Both the position numbers and the translations under genes were made by a program. Below the pieces are notes generated by a model that made no database searches, was not told where the DNA came from, and saw only the letters and a list, made by a program, of their open reading frames with translations. This document shows, one piece after another, positions 8,671 to 21,218 of a stretch of DNA of 64,000 bases (the stretch's first letter is position 1; each line of letters begins with the position of its first letter). This stretch comes from Cyanobacteria bacterium P01_A01_bin.123 (lineage in GTDB: Bacteria; Cyanobacteriota; Cyanobacteriia; Phormidesmidales; Phormidesmidaceae), in assembly GCA_039815185.1 (NCBI GenBank), contig JBCBZT010000023.1:32001-96000 (forward strand), read 5' to 3'.

Positions 8671-11349
8671 ATGTCCACTCCCCGTTCGGCTGAGCTCACG
8701 TCGAAGCCACTCCCCCCCTCCCTGTCTCTCCCCCTCCCTGTCTCCAATACTCCCCTCTGGCGTCTCGCTTGGCGACGGATACGTCGCCGCCCGTTTCAAT
8801 ACGTTCTGTTCATTTTGGGCATTGCCATTGGCGTGGCGATGATGGTGTCGATTGATTTGGCCAACGGGTCAGCTCAACGGGCGTTTGAGTTGTCAACGGA
8901 TGCGATCGCGGGGCGTACAACTCACCGCATCGAGGCGATTTCTCCCATTGGTGTGGATGAATCTGTTTACCGAGATTTACGGACTCAGTTGGGCTATACC
9001 CGCTCTGCTCCAATCGTAGAAGGCTATGTTGTTGCCGAAGATTTGGATCGTCAGCCGATGCGATTAGTGGGCGTCGATTTCTTTGCAGAAGCGCCGTTTC
9101 GCAGCTATCTAGACGGGGATGCTGACGGTGACTCAGAGCAGGGCATCGAGGCGCTGACGGCTTTTTTGACCGAACCGGATACGGTGATTTTGGCGAAAGA
9201 TACGGCTGACCAGTATGGGGTGCAAGTGGGCGATCGCCTCAAGTTAACCCTAGCAGGCCAACCGATTGCGGCTCGCGTCGTCGGCATTTTACAACCTGCG
9301 AATGCCCTGACTCGCGATGCCCTCAGCAATGTGCTGTTCACTGACATCGCCTCAGCCCAGGAAGTTTTGGGTATGCAGGGTCACCTCAGCCACATTGACC
9401 TGATTGCCGATAGCGAGGCTGACCTCGCCCCCATTCGCGCAGCCCTACCAGAAGGCGTCAAACTCGAAACTGCCCAAGCGCAGAAAAACGCGGTGCAGCA
9501 GATGACGGCGGCATTTGAACTCAACCTAACGGCATTGAGTTTGCTGGCGCTGGTCGTGGGCATGTTTTTGATTTATAACACCGTCACCTTTAGCGTCATC
9601 CAACGGCGATCGCTGTTTGGCACCCTACGATGTTTGGGTGTCACCCAGGGACAGCTCTTTCAGCTGATCATGGGTGAGTCGCTGGTGCTGAGCATTGTCG
9701 GCTCTATTTTGGGGTTAGGGCTGGGGATAGTGCTGGGTCGCAGCATTGTGGGGCTGATTACCCAAAGCATCAACGATTTCTATTTTGTGGTCTACGTCCG
9801 CGATATCAGCTTGAGTCGCTTGACTCTAATTAAGGGTATGGTCATCGGCATCTTTGCCGCCCTCTTTGCCTCCTTGATTCCCGCGATCGAAGCGATGCGG
9901 ACGTCGCCCCAAAGCAGTTTGAAGCGTTCAACCCTGGAAGGCAAAGTCCAAAAGATTTTGCCCTGGCTGGTTTTGGCCTGGGGACTCTTTACCCTAGGCG
10001 GAATTGGTCTACTTAGGATTGAAAATGGGGGGTTAGTGATCGCTTTTGGTGGGTTGTTTGCGATTTTGCTGGCGGCAGCGCTGTTGACACCGCCGCTCAC
10101 CGTGCTGTTGATGAAGGGCTTGACTCCTATCCTCAATGGACTGCTGGGTGTGCTGGGCAAAATGGCCCCGCGTGATATTAATCGGTCATTGAGTCGCACT
10201 TCGATCGCGATCGCGTCTTTGATGGTGGCGGTCTCGGTCATCGTTGGCGTGTCGGTGATGGTGGGTTCCTTTAGAACGACAGTGGTGCAGTGGCTTGACC
10301 AAACCCTACAGGCCGACATTTATGTCACCCCCCCGAGCACCACCGCCAACCGTATCTTGGGCAGCATTGATCCGGCTGTGGTTGAAGTAGCCTACACTTG
10401 GCCCGAAATCGACCACATCGTCACCTACAAAGACGCCCAGGTGGATGTGATTGGCTTCAATCGAGATGCTGCTAGCAGCGCCGAAATGCAAATTAATCGA
10501 CAAGCTATCTTGATTTCTGCCGATGGGGATGTTTCCAATGGCCAACGGCCCTATGCCTGGATTCGTGACGATGTGCGCAATCCATGGCCGCAGCTTGAAG
10601 CTGGAGAGGGGGTAATTATCTCAGAGGCGCTAATGTTGCGCACAGGCGTTTTTGAACCGCCGGAAACGGTCACGCTAGAGTCTCCCCAAGGGCCACAGAC
10701 GTTTCCAGTGCTGGCTGTCTTCTATGATTATTCTTCCGATCGGGGCACGATATTGCTCGATAACGATCTCTACTTAGCGCTGTGGCAAGACCCTGATATT
10801 GCTTCCTTAGGGCTATTCGTAAAACCTAATGTCTCAGTCGATGGGGTCGTCGCTCGTCTTCGAGAGACCTTTAAGGGCCGTCAAGATCTCGTTGCCCAGT
10901 CTAATCGCAATCTGCGCCAGGGGTCCTTGGAAATCTTCGACCGCACCTTTGCGATTACGGGGGCACTGCGATTGTTAGCGGTTGTTGTCGCCTTTATCGG
11001 TGTCTTGAGTGCATTGATGAGCCTCCAGCTAGAGCGCACCCGAGAACTCGGGATCTTGCGGGCTAATGGCATGACGCCCCGACAAATGTGGCAGCTAACC
11101 TTACTTGAAACCGGCATTATGGGCAGTTTAGCGGGGTTCTTTGCGATGCCTTTGGGCTACGTTTTGGCCTGGATTTTGATTTATGTAATCAATGTCCGTT
11201 CGTTTGGCTGGACGTTGCAAATGCAAATTGAACCCGGCTACTTTTGGCAAGCCTGGGTGGTGGCGGTGATTGCAGCCCTATTAGCCGGGGTGTACCCGGC
11301 GTGGCGGTTGGGCAAGATGGCAGTGGCCACGGCGATTCGACAGGAATGA
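8671..11349 (+). CDS. FtsX-like/MacB-type ABC permease (AttF/G-like, two repeats)
   Basis: Two FtsX-like halves (GIAIGVAMMVSI; RTRELGILRANG). ATG lies 1 nt after the ATPase stop. Confidence 0.9.
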   Translation: MSTPRSAELTSKPLPPSLSLPLPVSNTPLWRLAWRRIRRRPFQYVLFILGIAIGVAMMVSIDLANGSAQRAFELSTDAIAGRTTHRIEAISPIGVDESVYRDLRTQLGYTRSAPIVEGYVVAEDLDRQPMRLVGVDFFAEAPFRSYLDGDADGDSEQGIEALTAFLTEPDTVILAKDTADQYGVQVGDRLKLTLAGQPIAARVVGILQPANALTRDALSNVLFTDIASAQEVLGMQGHLSHIDLIADSEADLAPIRAALPEGVKLETAQAQKNAVQQMTAAFELNLTALSLLALVVGMFLIYNTVTFSVIQRRSLFGTLRCLGVTQGQLFQLIMGESLVLSIVGSILGLGLGIVLGRSIVGLITQSINDFYFVVYVRDISLSRLTLIKGMVIGIFAALFASLIPAIEAMRTSPQSSLKRSTLEGKVQKILPWLVLAWGLFTLGGIGLLRIENGGLVIAFGGLFAILLAAALLTPPLTVLLMKGLTPILNGLLGVLGKMAPRDINRSLSRTSIAIASLMVAVSVIVGVSVMVGSFRTTVVQWLDQTLQADIYVTPPSTTANRILGSIDPAVVEVAYTWPEIDHIVTYKDAQVDVIGFNRDAASSAEMQINRQAILISADGDVSNGQRPYAWIRDDVRNPWPQLEAGEGVIISEALMLRTGVFEPPETVTLESPQGPQTFPVLAVFYDYSSDRGTILLDNDLYLALWQDPDIASLGLFVKPNVSVDGVVARLRETFKGRQDLVAQSNRNLRQGSLEIFDRTFAITGALRLLAVVVAFIGVLSALMSLQLERTRELGILRANGMTPRQMWQLTLLETGIMGSLAGFFAMPLGYVLAWILIYVINVRSFGWTLQMQIEPGYFWQAWVVAVIAALLAGVYPAWRLGKMAVATAIRQE

Positions 11350-11408
11350 GGCGATTTTGGATTTTGGACTGGTTCTGAGTTTGTGGAACGGATGGGGGAT
11401 TTTAAAGA

Positions 11409-12569
11409 ATGAAACGTCTGCCGTGGGTTGTGTTGGGACTTGTGCTGACTTTGCTGCTGGTGTTTTGGCCACGACCCGGCATTACCAACAGTGGTCAGGC
11501 GTCTGTGGCGTGGTTGTCAGGTCAAGAAGTCGGGCTTGACGATGGCTTTGCGCGGGTGAGCGGCCCTACAGAATTGAAATTTCCCCAGGATTTGGGGCCC
11601 CATAATCAATATCAAACCGAGTGGTGGTACTACACGGGGAATTTAGAAACGGATGCGGGGCGCGCGTTTGGTTATCAGCTGACGTTCTTTCGGCGGGGGC
11701 TGACGCCGGAAATAGCATCAGTGGAGAAGGCTTCAGACTGGCGATCGAATCAAATTTATTTTTCGCACTTTACTGTTAGTGATATTGAAAACGAGGCGTT
11801 TTATCCCCATGAGCGATTTAGTCGCCAATCGGCGGGGTTGTCTGGGGCACAAGCTGATCCCTATCGGGTGTGGTTGGAGGATTGGTCGGCCACTGCGATC
11901 GCGCCGGGGCAAGTTCACTTAGTCGCCGATGCCGGAGATGTGACCCTGGATTTGACCCTAACAGAAACGTTGCCGCCTGTGCTGCAGGGCGATCGCGGTT
12001 ATAGCCAAAAAGGCCCAGAACCGGGGAATGCCTCCTATTACTACTCGATTGTGCAGCAGCAGGCCCAGGGCACGATCATGGTGGCGGATGAGGCTTTTGA
12101 AGTCAGCGGGTTGACCTGGAAAGATCACGAATATTCCACCAGTGCGCTGAGTCCCGGCACTGTCGGATGGGACTGGTTTTCGTTGCAGCTTGATGATGGT
12201 TCGGCTTTGATGCTGTATGGCTTACGAAAAGATGATGGGGCGATCGCAGACTTATCAAACGGCACCTACATCAGCGCTGATGGCACGACCCAAGCCATTG
12301 ATCATAACGACTGGCAAATTGACGTGCTGGACACCTGGCATAGTCCTAACAGTCAGGCCGACTATCCCTGCCAGTGGCACATTGAAATTCCTAAGTTAGC
12401 CTTAGTGCTTGACGGCAAATCACTGATGCTAAATCAAGAACTGAATATCTCAACCACCTACTGGGAAGGGGCCGTTGCATTTGAGGGGATAGTGTCTGAG
12501 CAGCCCGTTAGCGCGAAAGGGTATGTAGAAATGACAGGCTATGCCGCTCGATTAGATACGGTGCTCTAG
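11409..12569 (+). CDS. AttH/CrtC-like lipocalin-fold secreted protein
   Basis: FPQDLGPH..QTEWWYYTGNL, SYYYS, WKDHEYS, GWDWFSLQL, YWEG, GYVEMTGY; N-terminal signal/anchor. Confidence 0.9.
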   Translation: MKRLPWVVLGLVLTLLLVFWPRPGITNSGQASVAWLSGQEVGLDDGFARVSGPTELKFPQDLGPHNQYQTEWWYYTGNLETDAGRAFGYQLTFFRRGLTPEIASVEKASDWRSNQIYFSHFTVSDIENEAFYPHERFSRQSAGLSGAQADPYRVWLEDWSATAIAPGQVHLVADAGDVTLDLTLTETLPPVLQGDRGYSQKGPEPGNASYYYSIVQQQAQGTIMVADEAFEVSGLTWKDHEYSTSALSPGTVGWDWFSLQLDDGSALMLYGLRKDDGAIADLSNGTYISADGTTQAIDHNDWQIDVLDTWHSPNSQADYPCQWHIEIPKLALVLDGKSLMLNQELNISTTYWEGAVAFEGIVSEQPVSAKGYVEMTGYAARLDTVL

Positions 12570-12678
12570 TGGGAGATGTTCCAGTTAGTACGATTGCACG
12601 GGGAAAGATTTTACGGTTAGGAACTTGTTACAATGTGGGGCCGCGATCGCCTCACAAATCCCAGACTCAACGTCGAGT

Positions 12679-14280
12679 ATGCTACGCCTCAACGAAATCA
12701 AATTACCGCTGGATCATCCTGAATCAGCACTCCAAGACGCCATTCTCAAAAAGCTGTATATACCTGCGACTGAATTGATCCGCTACACCATTTTCAAGCG
12801 CAGCTATGACGCCCGCAAGAAGGGAAAAATCATCCTGGTATATATCGTTGATGTCGAGACGGCAAAAGAAAAAGCGCTGCTTCAACGGTTCAAAAAAGAT
12901 CCCCATGTTGTGCTTGCGCCTGACATGACCTATCACACGGTTGCCCAGGCACCCCAAGAGCCTCGAGTGCGCCCCATCGTCATTGGCACGGGGCCTTGCG
13001 GCATGTTTGCAGGGTTAATGCTGGCGCAAATGGGGTTTCGCCCGATTTTGCTAGAGCGCGGAAAATCGGTGCGCGATCGCAGCGTTGATACCTTTGGTTT
13101 TTGGCTCAAAAAACGGCTCAACCCTGAATCGAACGCCCAGTTTGGTGAAGGGGGTGCGGGTACGTTTTCCGATGGCAAACTCTACAGCCAAGTCAGAGAC
13201 CCCAAATATTATGGTCGTAAGGTATTGACCGAGCTGGTGAATGCTGGCGCTGCTCCGGAGATCCTTTACATCAATAAACCTCACATTGGTACCTATCGTT
13301 TGGTCAAAGTTGTTCAGAATTTGCGCGCCAAAATCGAGGGGCTGGGCGGCGAAATTCGGTTTCAATGCCGGGTCGAAGATATTGATATTGATCACGGTCA
13401 GGTCCGCGGTGTGAGTTTAGACAATGGGGAGTACATTGCCAGCAATCAGGTTGTGTTGGCGATAGGCCACAGCGCCCGTGATACATTTCAAATGCTCTGC
13501 GATCGCGGTGTGTACATTGAGCCCAAACCCTTTTCCATCGGCTTTCGGATCGAGCATCCCCAATCGCTGATTGATCAGTGCCGTTTTGGTGAACAGGCGG
13601 GTCACGCTCGCTTAGGATCCGCAGATTATAAGTTGGTTCACCACTGTGAGAATGGTCGATCCGTTTATAGTTTTTGCATGTGCCCTGGCGGCAAGGTCGT
13701 GGCGGCGGCGTCAGAACCAGGACGGTTAGTGACCAATGGCATGAGTGAATATGCCCGTGATGAGTCTAATGCGAACAGCGCAATTGTGGTGGGAATTACC
13801 CCCGAAGACTATCCTGACGGGCCGTTAGCGGGCATTACTTTGCAAAGGAGTTTAGAAGAACGGGCCTTTGCCTTGGGGGGGGGTACCTACGATGCACCGG
13901 GGCAATTAGTGGGGGATTTTCTCGCAGATCGCCCCTCTACTGCCTTTGGACAGGTTTATCCATCCTATAAGCCGGGCGTGATATTGGGTGATTTAAGTTC
14001 GAGTTTGCCGCACTACGCGATCGCGGCTATTCGGGAAGCGATTCCAGCTTTTGATAAAAAGATCCGTGGGTTTGCGATGGATGATGCCGTTTTGACAGGT
14101 ATCGAAACCAGAACGTCGTCGCCCATCCGTATTAAGCGGAATGAGAATTATCAAAGTTTAAATACGGTAGGGCTTTATCCTGCGGGGGAAGGAGCCGGAT
14201 ATGCCGGGGGGATTTTGTCCGCTGGAATCGATGGGATTAAGGTGGCAGAGGCCGTTGCATTGAGTATTGTGGCGGGATGA
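12679..14280 (+). CDS. NAD(P)/FAD-dependent oxidoreductase, uncharacterised FAD-dependent dehydrogenase family
   Basis: IGTGPCG Rossmann motif, FGEGGAGTFSDGKL, SFCMCPGG, ETRTSSP, YPAGEGAGYAGGI. Confidence 0.9.
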   Translation: MLRLNEIKLPLDHPESALQDAILKKLYIPATELIRYTIFKRSYDARKKGKIILVYIVDVETAKEKALLQRFKKDPHVVLAPDMTYHTVAQAPQEPRVRPIVIGTGPCGMFAGLMLAQMGFRPILLERGKSVRDRSVDTFGFWLKKRLNPESNAQFGEGGAGTFSDGKLYSQVRDPKYYGRKVLTELVNAGAAPEILYINKPHIGTYRLVKVVQNLRAKIEGLGGEIRFQCRVEDIDIDHGQVRGVSLDNGEYIASNQVVLAIGHSARDTFQMLCDRGVYIEPKPFSIGFRIEHPQSLIDQCRFGEQAGHARLGSADYKLVHHCENGRSVYSFCMCPGGKVVAAASEPGRLVTNGMSEYARDESNANSAIVVGITPEDYPDGPLAGITLQRSLEERAFALGGGTYDAPGQLVGDFLADRPSTAFGQVYPSYKPGVILGDLSSSLPHYAIAAIREAIPAFDKKIRGFAMDDAVLTGIETRTSSPIRIKRNENYQSLNTVGLYPAGEGAGYAGGILSAGIDGIKVAEAVALSIVAG

Positions 14281-14289
14281 ATTGAGGAT

Positions 14290-14883
14290 TTAGCCTGAAT
14301 ATGCCCTTGACTCTACTGTAAACATAGGAATGTCCTCCATTTCAGATGGGGTTAGAGCATACTGCTCACACACTAAACTTAAGCGGCTTCCGATTGTTTT
14401 GACGGGATTTACCGCATGGGTCAAATCACCTTGAAAGTAAATGAGAGAATTAGCGTGAGGAACAATTTTCCCAACGTGACGTTTGGCTGATTTGAGGATT
14501 AATTCTCCCCCGCTCATATTTTCGGGTATTCGTACATAGAGCACACTGACTAAGAAGGGAGGTTCAATTGTTTTGCAATACGATCGTAAAGAACGATCAA
14601 TATGAGGATCGACACGGGAACCTTCTTTCAGCAGTAAAGGGTTTAGATAAAAAGCATTACAGTCCGGCTGAATTGCGATCTCTAGATAAGGTTTGAGGAA
14701 TGGAAATTTCTGCTCAACTATAGGCAACCCATCACGTTGGAAAACGATGGAGAATCCTTTTGTCTGAACAAAATCTCGATTTAGGTTATTGATAGCGAAA
14801 TAAGAATTTGAAGTGATTTTATGCCACAGTTTATTGAGGTAACGATCAGACAAAACGTTATTTTGGATTTGGTAATATTTCAC
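14290..14883 (-). CDS. 2OG-Fe(II) oxygenase family protein
   Basis: HxD (PHID), GGEL, distal His (LTHAV), RxS (RLSLV). GTG 14883 is the likely start. Confidence 0.85.
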   Translation of the reverse strand: MKYYQIQNNVLSDRYLNKLWHKITSNSYFAINNLNRDFVQTKGFSIVFQRDGLPIVEQKFPFLKPYLEIAIQPDCNAFYLNPLLLKEGSRVDPHIDRSLRSYCKTIEPPFLVSVLYVRIPENMSGGELILKSAKRHVGKIVPHANSLIYFQGDLTHAVNPVKTIGSRLSLVCEQYALTPSEMEDIPMFTVESRAYSG

Positions 14884-15209
14884 CTTGTCTGTTCCCATAG
14901 AATTTGTTCAGCCGTTCCAGCTAAAAACTCAACTCGCTCATGTGGGGTTGCTGCCATTCTCATATCTGTATTGGGTTCGATTGCCATAACCTGAACATCT
15001 CGATCTGCCAGCAATCTTGCCCCAATTCCTGTCCCTGCTCCAATATCAGCAGCAACTAATTGAGTTTGAGAATTCAAGCCTGACAGAATTGCGTCAATCG
15101 CTGAAGCGGCATGAATTGGGCGATATTTTTCATAATCTTCGCTCCGCCCAGAGAAATAGTTCAACGAGTTTGTTGCTGAATCTGAGGCACTAGAGAAATC
15201 AAAACTCAT
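14880..15209 (-). pseudogene. Truncated class I SAM-dependent methyltransferase (N-terminal ~100 aa only)
   Basis: Y.KYRP, ADIGAGTGI, AIEPN, GTAE, then a premature stop; downstream motifs are absent. Confidence 0.75.
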
Positions 15210-15269
15210 ATTTCTATCCTCACAAAGAATCAGCAGTCCGCTGCATTGAGGTTATTATGCCGTACGGAG

Positions 15270-16094
15270 CTAAACGTGCAAGTTTTCCCACCATTGAATC
15301 GCACGTTTTCTCGTTGAGCCCCATCGGTATCCTCCCAACGCGCCACTTTGTTGAATAACGCGGTGGCAAGGAATAAGAAATGCCACTGGGTTGGCGGCGA
15401 TCGCATTGCCAACTGCCCTTGATGATTGTGGTCGACCTATAGCGGCTGCTACTTGTGAGTAGCTAGTTATGATTCCTGAGGGAATTGATAAAAGCGCTCT
15501 CCAAACCGCAATTTGGAAATTGGTACCCGCAATGTGGAGCGATAGCGGTCGATCAGTGATGGCCACACCTCCGAACATTGCATCAATGATATGCTGCGTT
15601 GCTTTCTCATTCTTTGTGAGCGATGCCAGAGGCCAAATCTTCTGAAGATCCATTAGATGTTCTTCGATATTCTTGGCATCTAAAAAGGCGGCTCGACAAA
15701 CCCCTCTTTTTGTCATCGCTATAAATATTGATCCAAAAGGGCTTGAATGAATGCCATACTCGATTTCAAGCCCTTTACCTTTGCTTTTGTACTCACCTGG
15801 AGTGACAGCCTCAAGCCTAATAAAGTGATCGTGCAACCTGGAACTACTGCTCAAACCTAGGGAATTAGAGAGATCAAGTAACGATCCTGAGTCGTGCAGA
15901 AGTTTTTTCCCCCGTTCGAGGGTCATAACCTGTAGAAATCGCTTTGGGGTTGTGCCAGCCCAACGGCAAAAGAGGCGTTGGAAATGATAGGGACTTAGGT
16001 GAACATGATTTGCAATCTCTTCCAAGCTTGGCTGATCGGCAGTTCTGTCAGCGATATAGGAAATTGCCTCTGTAATCCTTTCGTAATCAGACAT
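15270..16094 (-). CDS. AraC-HTH / O6-methylguanine-DNA methyltransferase (Ada/Ogt-like)
   Basis: HLSPYHFQRLF HTH; GTNFQIAVW; RAVGNA; IPCHRV active site. Confidence 0.93.
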   Translation of the reverse strand: MSDYERITEAISYIADRTADQPSLEEIANHVHLSPYHFQRLFCRWAGTTPKRFLQVMTLERGKKLLHDSGSLLDLSNSLGLSSSSRLHDHFIRLEAVTPGEYKSKGKGLEIEYGIHSSPFGSIFIAMTKRGVCRAAFLDAKNIEEHLMDLQKIWPLASLTKNEKATQHIIDAMFGGVAITDRPLSLHIAGTNFQIAVWRALLSIPSGIITSYSQVAAAIGRPQSSRAVGNAIAANPVAFLIPCHRVIQQSGALGGYRWGSTRKRAIQWWENLHV

Positions 16095-16105
16095 CGTGCT
16101 CTACC

Positions 16106-16870
16106 CTACATGCGGTTGATTGATAAACCACCATCTACCAGCATGGCTGAACCCGTGGTGAAACTTGAAGCGTCTGACGCCAAATAGAGTGCTGACAGCG
16201 CGATCTCATGCGGTGTTGCTATGCGCTTCAGGGCATGAAAGTTTTGGACAAGAGTTAGGGTTTCCGGTGTGCTGGTAAAATCACGCCCCATCGGTGTATC
16301 AGTACCCCCCGGGAGTAAGGCATTAACCCGAACCCCTTGCCTACCATATTCAGCAGCCAACACCTTCATCAGCCCGATCAGCCCGGCTTTGCTAGCTGCA
16401 TAGGCAGCCATCCCAGGCATACCCACAGTGTAGCCAACAAAGGTTGACGTAAAAATCAAAGAGCCACTCCCCCGATCAACCATCGCGGGTAGTTGGTACT
16501 TTGCCCCCAGAAATGCGCTTGTTAGGTTTGTAGCAAGCACAGTGTCCCATTCATCCAGAGAGAGTTCAGTTACAGCTCCAGGATGCCCGGTAATCCCTGC
16601 ATTGTTGAATGCTATATCCAGTCCGCCAAATTCTTTTACGGCTATGTCCACCAAAGCCTTTGCAAACACTTCGTCTTTTACGTCACCGGCCAAAGCGACT
16701 GCACGACCGCCTGAGTGATGAATAGAGTCAACTAATTCATCGAGTTCCTTCTGCCGTCGAGCTGCAACAACGACTGCAGCTCCTTCTTCAGCGAAGAGTT
16801 TAGCGGTTACGTAGCCAATACCAGCACTGGCACCAGTGACAATAGCAACTTTTTTCGAGAGCGTGTTCAT
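16106..16870 (-). CDS. SDR family oxidoreductase
   Basis: TGASAGIG, NNAG, YAASK. Confidence 0.95.
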   Translation of the reverse strand: MNTLSKKVAIVTGASAGIGYVTAKLFAEEGAAVVVAARRQKELDELVDSIHHSGGRAVALAGDVKDEVFAKALVDIAVKEFGGLDIAFNNAGITGHPGAVTELSLDEWDTVLATNLTSAFLGAKYQLPAMVDRGSGSLIFTSTFVGYTVGMPGMAAYAASKAGLIGLMKVLAAEYGRQGVRVNALLPGGTDTPMGRDFTSTPETLTLVQNFHALKRIATPHEIALSALYLASDASSFTTGSAMLVDGGLSINRM

Positions 16871-17438
16871 GATGTCGTTCTTGAAGGTTTAGTGATACGA
16901 ACATCATTTTCAACGGTCAGATGTTTGTCGACAATCCAAATCTTGCTATGTTGCACCGAGGCATAGCATTGACTATCACCTGTCGCAAACAACCTCCAAT
17001 CCCCAACAGATAACCTCTCGACAGTCAGGTGTGTGGGCGTTGTTAGTCGCATTACACCTAGATGTAACGATAGCGCGTCATAACTAATTGTAGGAAGCAG
17101 CCCCCAGCTGTAAGTCTATTGAGGGTAGGTTGTTCTACTGCATCTTCCGCTTATTTGAGGGTGAGCAAACCCGCTCGATTCCCATGAAGTTTGCGCCCTA
17201 AACACAGTCTCAGCATACCAACGCCGAGGAGGCAGTTGAGTCGGCGACTTCAGATTGCCTGAACAGAAACGAATGAGCAAACATACTCATTGTCTTATTC
17301 CTAACTTGGAATTATTCTTAGATAAGACTAAATTCAACAATCATTAAAGCGATCTTGGCTTGGTATAGGTCGTTTTGAGTCTGAGTGCGAGTCTTCCATC
17401 AAACATTAGGTTGTTCAAGAACTAGACAAGAGATCACG

Positions 17439-17735
17439 ATGAAAGATGAGAATAATGGTTCTATTCCGGAAGATACACCTAACTTGGCACGAGAAGGAAA
17501 TAATAAAGTTGAATTAGATCTTCGTGCAGAGTTAGGCCATAAGTTACGTGAAATCCTGATCGAGAAAAGGCTGAAGCAAAGGGAACTTGCAACATTGCTG
17601 GCTATCCAGCAACCCGAGGTATCGCATCTATTTAATGGTCATTTTACTCGATTTACAACAGATAAATTGATTCAGCTTTTTAATCGGCTAGGGTGGGTTG
17701 TTCAATTTCAAATCTACCCAGGTGAGACCGACTGA
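17439..17735 (+). CDS. XRE/HTH_37-type helix-turn-helix regulator
   Basis: LKQRELATLLAIQQPEVSHL..G..RFTTDKL. Confidence 0.8.
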   Translation: MKDENNGSIPEDTPNLAREGNNKVELDLRAELGHKLREILIEKRLKQRELATLLAIQQPEVSHLFNGHFTRFTTDKLIQLFNRLGWVVQFQIYPGETD

Positions 17736-18452
17736 ATATACTTCAGCTAAATCTCAGAAGAAGATCCAAAAGCTAACCTATTTTTTGCATATCCCTTCAA
17801 AAATGAGGTATAAGCGCCAGAAATTTCAAATCTATGAATATCAATTAGGTTGGCTAAACGCTATGAAAGGTAGTTTTCAGCGGTAGAGCTACCTAAAAAA
17901 TAGAATCACCACAAAATTCACGAAATTACTTATAAGAATTAAAACTATTTCAGGATTTAGGGAATAGTGGAGAAATACAGGAAATTAAAAATCTCCTCGT
18001 TCCATTAGTCTAGGAGCAATAGGCTGCCTATGATCTATGTATGATATGGCTTTCAGTCAAAAATTATCTTATAGAATTAGACAAAAATGCCCCAGGTAAA
18101 ATGATAGTGCTTGTGGGGGAATAGGCTATCAAATCATTATTTACCTCATCTATTCTCGAATCTTGCCCGTATTTTTAGGATACAAAAATCACTATAAGCT
18201 TTTCCATATAGGAATACAACTACTTTTTTGAATCCCGAGCATGAATTTTATTAATTTCCTTAGAATCCTGATAAAATTGCCTTCTTAAAATCAATACAAT
18301 TGCCGCATGAGTATTTATGCCTGAAGCTGTAATTTCATATTTTTATATAAAAAATCCTATGAGTTGGCATCTCATTAATATAGGAAAAATTCTATAAAAT
18401 AAAGTTTTTAATAGCCGCTTTTTTGCGCAATTAAGGTTTAGTATTATTTTAA

Positions 18453-20801
<2,349 letters not shown>

Positions 20802-20834
20802 TCTCAGTAAACAGGTCTCCAAGGGAGACTGAAT

Positions 20835-20865
20835 GTAGCCCCACCCAAGCATCGGGTGGGGCTAC
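20835..20865 (+). terminator. 12 bp GC-rich hairpin downstream of katG (terminator or RNA-stabilising stem)
   Basis: GTAGCCCCACCC-aagcatc-GGGTGGGGCTAC is a perfect stem, but there is no clear U-tract. Confidence 0.55.
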
Positions 20866-20950
20866 GTAAACCCTCAGAATTCTTGAACACAGATGGAAAC
20901 CAGATATAAAACTCACGGCAGTATTTCAAGGAAATTGGAGAACGGGAGAC

Positions 20951-21082
20951 ATGATGAATGAATCGACGTGTCAACTATTTCGTGGAGTTCTCTTCATTTT
21001 GGATGTATTTGAACTGCTAGCTGACGAGTTGTTCTGGCTAGCCGCGACATGCCTATGGATATATTGGATATTTGTCTTTTAG
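20951..21082 (+). CDS. Putative small membrane protein, 43 aa (MMNESTCQLFRGVLFILDVFELLADELFWLAATCLWIYWIFVF)
   Basis: GGAG motifs directly upstream of the ATG; hydrophobic C-terminus; below the ORF-track size cutoff. Confidence 0.45.
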   Translation: MMNESTCQLFRGVLFILDVFELLADELFWLAATCLWIYWIFVF

Positions 21083-21218
21083 ACGAGTGTTCGTTCTTAG
21101 CTAGAAGGCGTGAGGGTGGATAACTGTTGACCCTAGGGTAGTGTCTCTACGCATCAACCTCGTAGCTCAGAAAGGGTCGACTGACTCTACTGTTGCATAC
21201 GAGTAAGGAGCTAGGAAA

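Noticed and set aside
8700..8745. Pyrimidine-rich CCCCTCCCTGTCTC duplication at the permease 5' end
   Set aside because: Only two copies, of a low-complexity type common in filamentous cyanobacteria.
14290..15209. 2OG oxygenase and methyltransferase as CDPS tailoring enzymes
   Set aside because: They are ~9 kb away with unrelated operons between, and the methyltransferase is truncated.
15230..17080. Integron cassette array (TAAC/GTT-like words flanking the Ada and SDR genes)
   Set aside because: No integrase, and I could not build a complete attC with paired L/R boxes.
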